Shown: piece after piece, positions 9,715 to 18,862 of the stretch | How positions within the stretch are numbered: position 1 is the stretch's first letter | How the letters are laid out: each line of letters begins with the position of its first letter | Assembly: GCA_017464425.1 (NCBI GenBank) | Contig: JAFUDX010000012.1 | Coordinates: 139,861-203,860, forward strand | Direction of reading: 5' to 3' | DNA: 64,000 nt | DNA from: Treponema sp. | Lineage (GTDB): Bacteria; Spirochaetota; Spirochaetia; Treponematales; Treponemataceae | The notes under the pieces: model-generated | What the model saw: only the letters and a program-made list of their open reading frames with translations | Databases searched by the model: none | Told to the model about the DNA's origin: nothing | Position numbers and translations under genes: made by a program

Positions 9715-11031
9715 ATGGAGATAAAAACTGATTTGTCAGATATGAAAAAAGTGCGTACGACTGCCTCGTGCTTTATGGGGCTGGCGCATCTTTTGTATCT
9801 GAAAGATTATGTAAAAGGCGCGTTCTTTGCGCTGTGCGAGGTCGTGTTTATCGCGTTTTTGCCCGCAATCATTAAAAAAATGATTGGGCTTGTTACGCTC
9901 GGCTCGCCACACCCAGAATTGCCGATTAAAATGCGCGACAATTCGATTTTCATGCTGATTGACGGTATTTTGGTTCTCTCGGTGGTGGCGATTTTCGTGA
10001 TTGTCTACATTTTGAGCGTGAAGAGCGCACAGGCGGGCTATAGCGAATATTGCCGCACAAAACGCTTTAAGAATCAAAAAGACTTGTTCGACACGGCAAT
10101 GGGAAAATCTTTCCCGATTTTCGGGCTTGCCCCCGCGTTCGTGATGGTGCTCGTCTTCGTCGTGGTTCCGCTCGTGTTCAGCGTGGCGGTGGCGTTCACA
10201 AACTATTCTGACCCCGCGCACATTCCGCCGAACAACACGGTGGATTGGGTCGGCTTTCAGAATTTCGTTGAATTGCTCGGCGGTCAGAACACATGGTCAA
10301 TCGGCTTTTTGCGCGTGGCAATCTGGACGCTCGTGTGGGCGGTGCTCGCAACATTCACCTGCTACTTTGGCGGCTTGATTGTTGCGGTGTGGCTCAAAGA
10401 AATCAACTTTCATATTGCGCCCGTGTTCCGCTTCATCTTCATTCTTCCGTACGCAGTTCCGTCTGTCGTTTCAATGCTCGTGTGGAAGAATTTGTTGAAC
10501 GGCTCGTTCGGCATCGTAAACCGCACGCTCATGCAAATCGGTTTGATTTCTCAGCCGATTCCCTGGCTCGGCACTCCGCTTATGGCGCAGTTTACTTGTG
10601 TGGTGATTAATTTGTGGGCGGGCTTTGGCTACTTCATGCTCCTTTCAATGGGTACGATGACGGCAATCAGCGAGGACATGAACGAGGCGGCAAAAATCGA
10701 CGGCGCGAATCGCAGGCAGATTTTCTCAAAAATCACGCTTCCGCTCGTGTTGTACCAGACTTTGCCGCTCATCATCATGAGTTTTGCGCACAATGTGAAC
10801 AATTTCGGTGCGATTTACTTCCTCACGAACGGCGCACCCACGGTTTCCGATTCAACTACAACGCTTGCTGGCGGCACGGACATTTTGGTCACTTGGATTT
10901 ACAAACTCACCGTCACGCTCATGAAGTACAACTACGCGTCAGTCATTGCGGTCATGATTTTCATTGTCTTGGCTCCGTTCGCAATCTGGCAGTTCAGACA
11001 GACAAAGGCTTACAAGGAAGGTTCGGTATGA
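9715..11031 (+). CDS. Sugar ABC transporter permease (MalF/GanP-like)
   Basis: 438 aa and polytopic, with the EAA loop 'EAAKIDGANRRQIFSKITLPL'. Confidence 0.85.
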   Translation: MEIKTDLSDMKKVRTTASCFMGLAHLLYLKDYVKGAFFALCEVVFIAFLPAIIKKMIGLVTLGSPHPELPIKMRDNSIFMLIDGILVLSVVAIFVIVYILSVKSAQAGYSEYCRTKRFKNQKDLFDTAMGKSFPIFGLAPAFVMVLVFVVVPLVFSVAVAFTNYSDPAHIPPNNTVDWVGFQNFVELLGGQNTWSIGFLRVAIWTLVWAVLATFTCYFGGLIVAVWLKEINFHIAPVFRFIFILPYAVPSVVSMLVWKNLLNGSFGIVNRTLMQIGLISQPIPWLGTPLMAQFTCVVINLWAGFGYFMLLSMGTMTAISEDMNEAAKIDGANRRQIFSKITLPLVLYQTLPLIIMSFAHNVNNFGAIYFLTNGAPTVSDSTTTLAGGTDILVTWIYKLTVTLMKYNYASVIAVMIFIVLAPFAIWQFRQTKAYKEGSV

Positions 11032-11870
11032 TAAAAGAACACGATATGCACCAGTTCAACAAAACGTTGGTGTACCTTATTTTCGTCATTATTTCGATTT
11101 TCGTAATCTATCCGCTCGTGTACGTGGTAAGCGGTGCGTTTGCTCCCGGAAACTCAATCGCTTCGCTCAACATCGTTCCGTTCAAGGGCGGCTTTACCAC
11201 AGAGCATTTCGTGGAGTTGTTCACCAAAACCGACTACGGCAGATGGTTTTTGAACACGCTCATTATCTCGGTGGAGACGAGCGCGGCAACCGTGGTGATT
11301 TCTTCACTTTCGGCGTATGTGTTCAGCCGCTTCCAGTTCCAGTTCAAAAAATCGTTCTTGATGAGCCTTTTGATTCTTCAGATTTTCCCGAGTTTCGTTG
11401 GCATGATTGCAATTTATGTAATTCTCTACCGAATCGGTGGGCTTGATACCCTCTGGGGCTTGGTGCTCGTCTACACGGCGGGAAACATTCCCTACAACAC
11501 ATGGCTCGTCAAAAACTACATGGACACGGTTTCGCGAAGCCTTGACGAGGCGGCTCGAATCGACGGTGCAAGCCACTTCCGCGTGTTCTGGCAGATTATT
11601 TTGCCGATTGCGCGACCGATTATCGTCTTTTTGGCGATTACGAGCTTTACCGCACCGTGGATGGACTTCATTTTCCCGAAGATGGTGCTCCGAAGCGTTG
11701 AGAATCAGACCCTTGCGCTCGGGCTTTTCAGCTTCGTCTCCGACAAAAAGAACGAATTCACGATTTTCTCCGCAGGCTCGCTCCTCGTGTCGATTCCGTT
11801 CGTGATTTTCTTTTTGATAACCCAAAAAACGCTCATTTCAAGTTTCGGCGGGGCGGCAGTTAAGGAGTAG
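11028..11870 (+). CDS. Sugar ABC transporter permease (MalG/GanQ-like)
   Basis: The start ATG at 11028 overlaps the upstream stop (ATGA). The N-terminal 138 codons of tracked ORF 10614..11870 overlap the upstream permease gene (9715..11031) in another frame. The EAA loop is 'EAARIDGASHFRVFWQIILPI'. Confidence 0.85.
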   Translation: MIKEHDMHQFNKTLVYLIFVIISIFVIYPLVYVVSGAFAPGNSIASLNIVPFKGGFTTEHFVELFTKTDYGRWFLNTLIISVETSAATVVISSLSAYVFSRFQFQFKKSFLMSLLILQIFPSFVGMIAIYVILYRIGGLDTLWGLVLVYTAGNIPYNTWLVKNYMDTVSRSLDEAARIDGASHFRVFWQIILPIARPIIVFLAITSFTAPWMDFIFPKMVLRSVENQTLALGLFSFVSDKKNEFTIFSAGSLLVSIPFVIFFLITQKTLISSFGGAAVKE

Positions 11871-11912
11871 TGAGAAGTTAGAAATGAGAAGTGAGCAGTT
11901 AGGAGTTAGGAA
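11871..11912 (+). repeat. 7-nt periodic purine-rich tract (TGAGAAG TTAGAAA TGAGAAG TGAGCAG TTAGGAG TTAGGAA) starting right after the TAG stop
   Basis: Six heptads were read directly, followed by a small GGGGGA/TCCCCC hairpin (11913-11928). Confidence 0.55.
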
Positions 11913-12012
11913 GGGGGAAGTCTCCCCCTCGCTCCAACCGCTTCGCGTTTTCCGCTACCCCCTCTACGGTGGCTAGCCCCCGTAACGCCCCCAAATAGTT
12001 ACATGCAGTTGC

Positions 12013-12024
12013 GCAACCGATTGC
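12013..12024. promoter_or_regulatory. LacI-family operator-like site GCAACCGATTGC (copy 3, reverse complement of copies 1 and 2), 18 nt upstream of the GH35 start
   Basis: It is the exact reverse complement of GCAATCGGTTGC. Confidence 0.5.
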
Positions 12025-12041
12025 ATAAAAAAGGAAAAAGT

Positions 12042-14231
12042 ATGAGTTATAGTTTTGATAATATCAGCATAAAAAAAGACGGAAAGCGCGTGTTCCCGAT
12101 TATGGGCGAGATTCACTATTCGAGAGTTCCGCGCGCGGAATGGGCTGAACGCCTGTTAAAAATGAAGGCGGGCGGCGTTACGATTGTGAGCGCGTATGTG
12201 ATTTGGATTCACCACGAGGAAATCGAAGGTGAATACGACTGGTCGGGCGACCGCGATTTGCACGGCTTTGTCCAGACACTCAAAGATTGCGGCATGAAAA
12301 TGCTCCTCAGAATCGGACCGTGGTGTCATGGCGAGGCGCGGAACGGCGGATTTCCCGACTGGCTTTTGCACAAGGATTACGAGCCGCGCACGAATGACGA
12401 AAAATACTTCGCGGTCGTTCAAAAATGGTATAAAGAAATCTTTTCGCAGGTAAAAGACTTTATCTGTAATCCCGAAGATGCGGCGACGAGCGAAAACCCG
12501 ATTATCGGCGTTCAGATTGAAAACGAATACGGTCACTGCGGCGGCTTGTACGAAAAAGAGGGCGGGGAAGCGCACATGAGACGGCTTCAAAAAATCGCGA
12601 TTGAAACTGGCTTTAAGGTCGCGCTCTACACGGCGACGGGCTGGGGCGGAGCCTGGACGGGCGGCATGCTTCCCGTAATGGGGGGCTACTGTGACGCTCC
12701 GTGGGACCAGCGCACCACCGAAATCGAGCCGAGCGGAAACTACACCTTCACGCACGAGCGCAACGACCACAACATCGGAAGCGACCACGGCTTTGGCTAC
12801 GGCATCACGTTCGACATCGAAAAATTCCCGTATCTTACGGCGGAACTCGGCGGCGGCTTACAGGTTACGGGGCATCGCCGCACGATTGCCACGGCAAAAG
12901 ACATCGCGGCGGTCGCGCTCACAAAACTCGGAAGCGGCTGTAATCTTCTTGGCTTTTATATGTACACGGGCGGCACGAATCCCGAAGGAAAACTTACCAC
13001 CTTGCAGGAGTCAAAGGCGACGGGCTATTTGAACGATTTGCCCGTGAAGTCTTACGATTTCCGCGCTCCCGTTCGGGAATTCGGGCAGGTTTCAGAAATG
13101 CTCCGCGAGTTGAAGTTGCTTACATACTTTGCGGCAGATTTTGGCGAGGATTTGTGCGAACTGAAAGCAGAAATTCCTGTCGAAGTGAAGCCCGATGATT
13201 TGGTTTCGCTCCGCTATTCGTACCGAACTGACGGCGAAAAAGGCTATTTCTTCGTGAACAATTATGTCCGCCATCAAAAACTAGCAGAACACACGAAAGT
13301 CGTCCTTTCTTCTCCCGACGGAAAAACGGCACTTCCCGCATTTGATGTAAAAAACGGCGACTTCTTTTTCGTTCCGTTCAACATGAAATTCGGAAAAACG
13401 CTCGTAAAGACGGCAACTGTCACTCCGTTCACGAAAATCGGCGATGGCGAAAAAGAAGTATTCGTCTTTTACGCACGGGAACATGAAACGGCGGGCGAAC
13501 AATTCTTTGCGTTCGGCGATGAAAACTCACAAAATGCGGCACAATCTTCTTTCCTCGTGCTTTCTCGTGAAGACGCGCTCAACGCGTGGAAAATCGGAGC
13601 CCGCCTTGTCATCACCGACAGCGATTCTTACGCGCTCGAAAATGAAAAAGCCGAAATCGAAATCGTTACGCGCTTAAACGGCTCTGTGTTCGTCTATCCC
13701 GATTTTGAAAAAGCCCCAAAAGGCTGGAAGAAAACAGGCAAAGTGAACAAAAATTGTGCGGGCGACTTGAATCCCGTTCTGTTCGCTGAATATGTGCGCG
13801 AAGTTTCCGAATCAGAAGGCAAAAACGGCGAGCTCGAAGCGAAAAACGAGGGCGGAATCTACAAAATCGACCTTTCCGCTCTTTCAAAAACGCTTCGTGG
13901 CGCAAAAACGCTTTCAGACATCTTTGTGAAAATTGACTACACGGGCGAAAGTGCGCGGCTCTACGCAAAAAAGAATGGAAAACGCACGCTCATCTTAGAC
14001 CACTTCTACTTGGGCGAGGAGTATCCGTGGGAAATCGGTTTGAAGCGATTCGTGCAGCCTGCTTCCGACTGTGCCCTGAGTGACGAGGAGCTTTCCGAAC
14101 TGGAACTTGAGATTACGCCGCTTAAAAAAGACGCGAAAATCTACATAGAAAAATGGCCTGAAATCAGCGGAAGCGAAATCGCCACGCTGAAATCAGTGAA
14201 ATTTGAATCTGAATGGAAATACACAATTTAA
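12042..14231 (+). CDS. Beta-galactosidase, glycoside hydrolase family 35
   Basis: GH35 hallmarks 'GEIHYSRVP', 'RIGPWCHGE' and 'IIGVQIENEYGH'. I chose the ATG at 12042 because the operator lies within the longer ORF extension. Confidence 0.85.
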   Translation: MSYSFDNISIKKDGKRVFPIMGEIHYSRVPRAEWAERLLKMKAGGVTIVSAYVIWIHHEEIEGEYDWSGDRDLHGFVQTLKDCGMKMLLRIGPWCHGEARNGGFPDWLLHKDYEPRTNDEKYFAVVQKWYKEIFSQVKDFICNPEDAATSENPIIGVQIENEYGHCGGLYEKEGGEAHMRRLQKIAIETGFKVALYTATGWGGAWTGGMLPVMGGYCDAPWDQRTTEIEPSGNYTFTHERNDHNIGSDHGFGYGITFDIEKFPYLTAELGGGLQVTGHRRTIATAKDIAAVALTKLGSGCNLLGFYMYTGGTNPEGKLTTLQESKATGYLNDLPVKSYDFRAPVREFGQVSEMLRELKLLTYFAADFGEDLCELKAEIPVEVKPDDLVSLRYSYRTDGEKGYFFVNNYVRHQKLAEHTKVVLSSPDGKTALPAFDVKNGDFFFVPFNMKFGKTLVKTATVTPFTKIGDGEKEVFVFYAREHETAGEQFFAFGDENSQNAAQSSFLVLSREDALNAWKIGARLVITDSDSYALENEKAEIEIVTRLNGSVFVYPDFEKAPKGWKKTGKVNKNCAGDLNPVLFAEYVREVSESEGKNGELEAKNEGGIYKIDLSALSKTLRGAKTLSDIFVKIDYTGESARLYAKKNGKRTLILDHFYLGEEYPWEIGLKRFVQPASDCALSDEELSELELEITPLKKDAKIYIEKWPEISGSEIATLKSVKFESEWKYTI

Positions 14232-14355
14232 ATCCACAGATTAGCACAGATAAACACAGATTATAAATTTCGTATAGGAAAGTCTTTCGTGTATTTACGA
14301 AACTCGTTCAAATATAAAACTTTTAATCTGTGAAAATCTGCGAGAATCTGTGGAT
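14232..14355. repeat. Inverted pair of CACAGAT triple-repeat arms (14232-14263 and 14324-14355) separated by 60 nt
   Basis: The left arm is ATCCACAGATTAGCACAGATAAACACAGATTA. The right arm is TAATCTGTGAAAATCTGCGAGAATCTGTGGAT. The arms are largely complementary. Confidence 0.65.
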
Positions 14356-14373
14356 AAAGAATGGAGGTAAAAA

Positions 14374-16338
14374 ATGTTGAGGAAAGTGCTTTGTGCATTT
14401 GCTTGCTGCGCGGTGCTTTCGCCTGTGTTTGCCCTTTCTGGTACGAAAGCCAGTGACGCGGTAAAACAAAAAATCGTCGTGGAGCCGGTGGAAGGCTTGA
14501 GCGATGATTTTATGAAGGGCGTTGACATCAGTATGGTGGACCAGATTGAAAAGTCTGGCGGAAAATTCTACAACGCTCGTGGAGAAGAAGAGGATATTTT
14601 CCAGATTCTCAAAGATAACGGCGTGAATTATGTCCGAATCCGACTCTGGAACAATCCGACCTACGAAAGCGACCAGTACGACAAAGACGGCAAACTTGTT
14701 GCGAAAAAAGGCGAGAAGATGGGCGGCGGCGACAACACGATTGAAACCGACCTTCGCATTGCAAAACGAATCAAGGCGGCGGGCTTGAAATTCATGCTCG
14801 ACTTCCATTATTCGGACTTCTGGGCAGACCCCGGAAAACAGTACATGCCGCAGGATTGGAAGAATCTTTCTGCAAAAGAACTTGAAAACGAAGTCGAGAA
14901 ATTCACGCGCGAGACAATCAACCGCTTCGTAAAAGAAGGCGCAGCTCCCGACAGCGTGCAAATCGGAAACGAATTGAACTCGGGCTTTATGTGGCCAATC
15001 GGTCAGCTTTGGAGCAACGACCCGAGCGTTCAAATCGGCGGCATGAAGCAGTTTACAAAATTGCTTGACCGTGCTTCAAAGGGCGTGCGCTCTGCACAAG
15101 GCGGAAAAGACATCAAAATCATCGTGCATTTGGCGAACGGCGGCGATCAGGGCTTGTACAAATGGATTTTCGATGACGTCAAAAAGGCAAAAATCGACTA
15201 CGACATCATCGGTCTTTCGTTCTACACCTACTGGCACGGCTCAATGGACGATTTGAAGGCAAATCTTGAGATGATTTCAAAACGCTACGGAAAGCAGATG
15301 GCGGTCGTTGAGACGGCATACGCGTTCACCGAGGACGACGGCGACTCACAGGGAAACGTGTTCCAAGTCTATTCTGACGAAAATCACGGTTATGTTCCGA
15401 GCGTGCAAGGTCAGGCAACGGCAATCCGCGACATCATTGCGACGGTGGCGAGTGTAAAGGGCGGCTGCGGCGTGTTCTACTGGGAAGCGGACTCGATTCT
15501 CGCGAAAGGTGCTGAACTTTCTGCAACCGAAGGCAACACTTGGGAAAACCAGGCAATGTTCGCGTTCGACGGAAAAGCACTTCCTTCTCTCGCCGTGTGG
15601 AACTTGGTGAGCGGAAAGGGCGAAGTTCAGAACGCGTGGGGCGGCGAAGCCAAAAACGGAAGCAATTTCGTTCCTTACGCGACCGCTGACAAAATCGAAG
15701 TCACGATAAAGCCTGGTGAAACTCCTGTGCTTCCCAAAACGGTAAAACTCATTTTCTCGAACGATTCAGAAAAAGTCGTTGATGTGAAATGGGATTCGTA
15801 CGACTGGAAAAACGCAAAAGTCGGAAAGATAAAAGTTACCGGCTCAGTCGCAGGCTATGATTACAAGCCCGAAGCCACGGTCGATGTCTCAAACCGCGTG
15901 AATTTAATCGCCGACCCCTCATTTGAAAGCGGAAAACTCGGCGCATGGAAGTTGAACGGACCGGGAGCTGCGTGCTTCCTTGAAAACAACAAAGGAAACG
16001 CGCACACGGGAAAATGGACATACAAATATTGGCTCGGAAGCGGCTTTAAGTCAGTGCTTTCGCAAACGCTCACGGGAATCGAAAACGGTACTTACGAGCT
16101 TTCTGTGTGGTCAATGGGCGGTGGCGGCGAGAATAACATTCGCTTGTTTGCGGCTGACTACGACGGAACGGCAAAGCAAGTCACGAGCAAAATCGTGAAC
16201 ACGGGCTGGAATCAGTGGAAGCAGTACAAGATAAAAGTGCCCGTCACCAATGGAACGGCGACCATCGGCATTTACCTTGACACCGCTCCCGATTGCTGGG
16301 GCAACTTCGACGACATCGAATTTATAAAGGTGGATTAA
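14374..16338 (+). CDS. ganB: Secreted arabinogalactan endo-beta-1,4-galactanase (GH53) with C-terminal beta-sandwich/CBM-like extension
   Basis: Signal peptide, then the GH53 motifs 'GVNYVRIRLWNNP', 'FMLDFHYSDFWADPGKQ' and 'QIGNELN'. About 250 extra C-terminal residues are rich in aromatic residues and Gly. Confidence 0.88.
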   Translation: MLRKVLCAFACCAVLSPVFALSGTKASDAVKQKIVVEPVEGLSDDFMKGVDISMVDQIEKSGGKFYNARGEEEDIFQILKDNGVNYVRIRLWNNPTYESDQYDKDGKLVAKKGEKMGGGDNTIETDLRIAKRIKAAGLKFMLDFHYSDFWADPGKQYMPQDWKNLSAKELENEVEKFTRETINRFVKEGAAPDSVQIGNELNSGFMWPIGQLWSNDPSVQIGGMKQFTKLLDRASKGVRSAQGGKDIKIIVHLANGGDQGLYKWIFDDVKKAKIDYDIIGLSFYTYWHGSMDDLKANLEMISKRYGKQMAVVETAYAFTEDDGDSQGNVFQVYSDENHGYVPSVQGQATAIRDIIATVASVKGGCGVFYWEADSILAKGAELSATEGNTWENQAMFAFDGKALPSLAVWNLVSGKGEVQNAWGGEAKNGSNFVPYATADKIEVTIKPGETPVLPKTVKLIFSNDSEKVVDVKWDSYDWKNAKVGKIKVTGSVAGYDYKPEATVDVSNRVNLIADPSFESGKLGAWKLNGPGAACFLENNKGNAHTGKWTYKYWLGSGFKSVLSQTLTGIENGTYELSVWSMGGGGENNIRLFAADYDGTAKQVTSKIVNTGWNQWKQYKIKVPVTNGTATIGIYLDTAPDCWGNFDDIEFIKVD

Positions 16339-16345
16339 AAAAAAT

Positions 16346-16420
16346 TCCTCACAGAGCTTAAGAGGACACAGAGGGTAACTTTATAAAAAACTCTGTGTAC
16401 TCTGTGCTCTCTGTGAGAAA
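16346..16420. repeat. CACAGAG/CTCTGTG imperfect long hairpin element (copy 2) directly upstream of the RBS of the 626-aa protein gene
   Basis: TTCCTCACAGAG..GGACACAGAGGG...CTCTGTGTACTCTGTGCTCTCTGTGAGAAA. Its right end plus the leader ('CTCTGTGAGAAATTTAA..') matches copy 1. Confidence 0.6.
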
Positions 16421-16440
16421 TTTAATAAAGAGGATTTCTT

Positions 16441-18321
16441 ATGAAAAGATATGTGAATAAGATAAGGAAAACTTCGGTGGCACTTGCAATTTTGCTCGCT
16501 TCTTCGCTTGCATTTGCGCAGGAAGCGGACGACGGGTTTATCGTGCCGCTGAACGAAGATTTTTCAAAAGCGATAACGGTTTCCGAAAATGCTGGCTTTG
16601 GAGACGGATTTTCAGCACCTGCTGTGAGCGGGGCAGCTTCCGTTATGCAGGGCGCGTGGATTGAAGTCACGTCGAGCAACAAATCGCTTATCCGAGACAT
16701 TGCGACGGGAAAAAAGAAGGGCTACGAATTTGATAACTCGCACTTTTTAACGAACATGAACTGGTGGTTTTGGGGCGATATATCTAAAAAATTCCACTTG
16801 GACGCAGAAATTTCCGTGTGGGATACGGACAAAACGCTTTATCAGGCAAATTCGTATGCAGATAATGTGCCCGATGTCACTTGGGGTGACGGTTTGCAAG
16901 CACTTGCCGCAACTCCGTTCAGCTTCCTCTACAATCTTAGCGACAATGAAATCGGTGCGTTCAACAAAATGGGCTTTTCAATCATCACTCCGTATGTCGA
17001 GGCAAAATTCGGCTACGGCGATTTGAAAGCGAACGGCATGATGGATTTTGACGGAATCTATCATGTGATTGACCGCTGGGATTATGTCGACAAGGGCTTT
17101 ACCGAGCTTTCGCTTGGAAAAGATTTCCGCTCGTTCGGCGACATTACGGTCAACGCAACGGCGGCATTCAGCATGATGCGCGGCACATACGGTCTCTATG
17201 ATTTTCTTGATGTCAAATACGGCGACGAGAAAAATCCGCTTTTTGAGGGCGCGCTTACTTTCGGAAGTTATACGACTGAAGATGAACTCTTCCGCTACAA
17301 CGAGCAGAATATCAATGCTATGAGTGCCTATTTTGCCGTAAATCCGATTTCACCGCTTAAAGTTGAGCTTCACGGAATGGGCACATTCGGAACGGATGTT
17401 GATTTGGACAAAGATGCACTGGCAATCGCGGGCAGAATCGGCTGGACGGCAGATAAATGGAATGTGCGCGTTATGGAAAGCTATGCGGCAAAAAATGTTG
17501 ATTCCGTGTGGGGAAGCGATGGTGCGGACTACGATGACATCAACGCAAACACAGCCACAACACAGCTTGATGCCGCACTCTCGCCTGTGGATTTTCTTTC
17601 TGTCGGGCTTGATCAGGGCGTAACGCTCGTGCTTTCTTCAGAAAGTTTACCGAGCAAGCCGACTGATTACGAAGACTATCTTTCTTTCCGAACTCAGCCG
17701 TATTTTGACTTCGATTTGAATCCGCTCGTGAATACAGATGTGACCATTTGTGCATATTCTGTCATTCAGATTGACAAACTGAGCGAAGAGTCAAAAATCG
17801 ATAACGATTACGAAGTGTTGTTCCGTGAGGCAGGAATTGAAATCACTGTGACGGACACGATTCCTCATCTGAAAAAACTTACCTTTGACTATGCGTTAAG
17901 CGCGAATCCAAAATGGCTCATGGAAAGTTCAAAAATTACCTCAACGGCAAGCTATGATATTGGCGAGATGTTCCACAGCGTTATGCTCAATGCACTTGTG
18001 ACGGACAATCTTACCATGACGGCGGCCGCACTGTATCGCGAATACAAGACTACGACAAAAGATTCGTTCGTGGAGCAGCCGCTGGGCTTTGCGCTCGGAT
18101 TTTCTCTCAGCAAGACCGTTCTTCCTGGTCACCCGAAATTCTGGATGCATTTTACCTATGGCATGGATCCGTATGAAGACAACAATTACAGTTTGTTCCG
18201 TGCAGATGATTCTTCAAATAAAGCATTTCACCGAACATATTTGCTCAACACAGTGGACAAAACTTCTGGCGGAATCAACACGGCAAGTTATATTCGCTGT
18301 GGCCTGATTTGGGAATTGTAA
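16441..18321 (+). CDS. Putative outer-membrane (beta-barrel/porin-like) protein of the galactan locus
   Basis: Signal peptide 'ALAILLASSLAFAQE'. The body is 626 aa, rich in Gly, Tyr and Asp, with alternating-hydrophobic stretches. I recognise no enzymatic motif, so the fold call is an inference. Confidence 0.4.
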   Translation: MKRYVNKIRKTSVALAILLASSLAFAQEADDGFIVPLNEDFSKAITVSENAGFGDGFSAPAVSGAASVMQGAWIEVTSSNKSLIRDIATGKKKGYEFDNSHFLTNMNWWFWGDISKKFHLDAEISVWDTDKTLYQANSYADNVPDVTWGDGLQALAATPFSFLYNLSDNEIGAFNKMGFSIITPYVEAKFGYGDLKANGMMDFDGIYHVIDRWDYVDKGFTELSLGKDFRSFGDITVNATAAFSMMRGTYGLYDFLDVKYGDEKNPLFEGALTFGSYTTEDELFRYNEQNINAMSAYFAVNPISPLKVELHGMGTFGTDVDLDKDALAIAGRIGWTADKWNVRVMESYAAKNVDSVWGSDGADYDDINANTATTQLDAALSPVDFLSVGLDQGVTLVLSSESLPSKPTDYEDYLSFRTQPYFDFDLNPLVNTDVTICAYSVIQIDKLSEESKIDNDYEVLFREAGIEITVTDTIPHLKKLTFDYALSANPKWLMESSKITSTASYDIGEMFHSVMLNALVTDNLTMTAAALYREYKTTTKDSFVEQPLGFALGFSLSKTVLPGHPKFWMHFTYGMDPYEDNNYSLFRADDSSNKAFHRTYLLNTVDKTSGGINTASYIRCGLIWEL

Positions 18322-18323
18322 GG

Positions 18324-18365
18324 GGGAAATGGGAAATGGGAAATGGAAAGTTGAAAATTGAAAAT
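18324..18365 (+). repeat. 7-nt periodic purine-rich tract (GGGAAAT x3, GGAAAGT, TGAAAAT x2) right after the stop codon
   Basis: Six heptads were read directly. Confidence 0.55.
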
Positions 18366-18848
18366 TATTGTTTCGAGCATAGGAAACACAGATCCATCAT
18401 TCTGAGCGTAGCGAAGAATCTTCTTCTGATGATTGCGCTTTTCTTTGCAGTTGGGCTTTCTTCGTGCGCAGATGTGAACGGGCTTCACAATCAGGAATCG
18501 TCATCGGTCACCTTTGTGTTTAAAAATTTCCCTGCTGATAACGGGGCGTATGCGCTTCCGGGCGATCATAATGATTGGGATAACACCACAGAAGAAATTA
18601 CGCTTACCGATGGAGCAGGAACTTCCAAAACATATACCTACACAAGCTCGTCTCTTGAATTCACGCTTGTCAAGAAAGGTACATGGTTCCGCAAGTGGTC
18701 AAAAACCGATGGTGGCACGATTGACGGTGAGGGTAGAACGGGCACGGATAAAGCACGCAATTTCTTGATCGAAAATATTGATCTTGGCTCTGACATTACC
18801 ATTACTGTTGACGGTTCTACGCCAGTCGCAACCGTAACGATGAACTAA
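18336..18848 (+). CDS. Small lipoprotein with CBM-like beta-sandwich (possible carbohydrate-binding module)
   Basis: Lipobox 'AVGLSSCAD'. 'VTFVFKN...YALPGDHNDWDN...LTDG...EFTLVKKGTWFRKW' resembles CBM20/48-type modules. The start is uncertain (18336 has an AGGGGG RBS, and 18429 is possible). Confidence 0.4.
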   Translation: MGNGKLKIENYCFEHRKHRSIILSVAKNLLLMIALFFAVGLSSCADVNGLHNQESSSVTFVFKNFPADNGAYALPGDHNDWDNTTEEITLTDGAGTSKTYTYTSSSLEFTLVKKGTWFRKWSKTDGGTIDGEGRTGTDKARNFLIENIDLGSDITITVDGSTPVATVTMN

Positions 18849-18862
18849 GGAGGTAGTGAAAC

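Noticed and set aside
10614-11027. An N-terminal 138-codon extension of the MalG-like permease ORF.
   Set aside because: It overlaps the MalF-like gene in another frame and has an implausible His/Arg-rich translation. The ATG at 11028 gives a normal-length permease with ATGA coupling.
18380-18425. The segment 'ccatcattctgagcgtagcgaagaatcttc' translates as '..ILSVAKNL..' on one strand and '..RYAQNDG..' on the other. It is reminiscent of short repeat-derived pseudo-ORFs seen in many genomes.
   Set aside because: There is only a single copy in this window and I cannot confirm the family from memory. It lies within the uncertain 5' region of the 18336..18848 gene.
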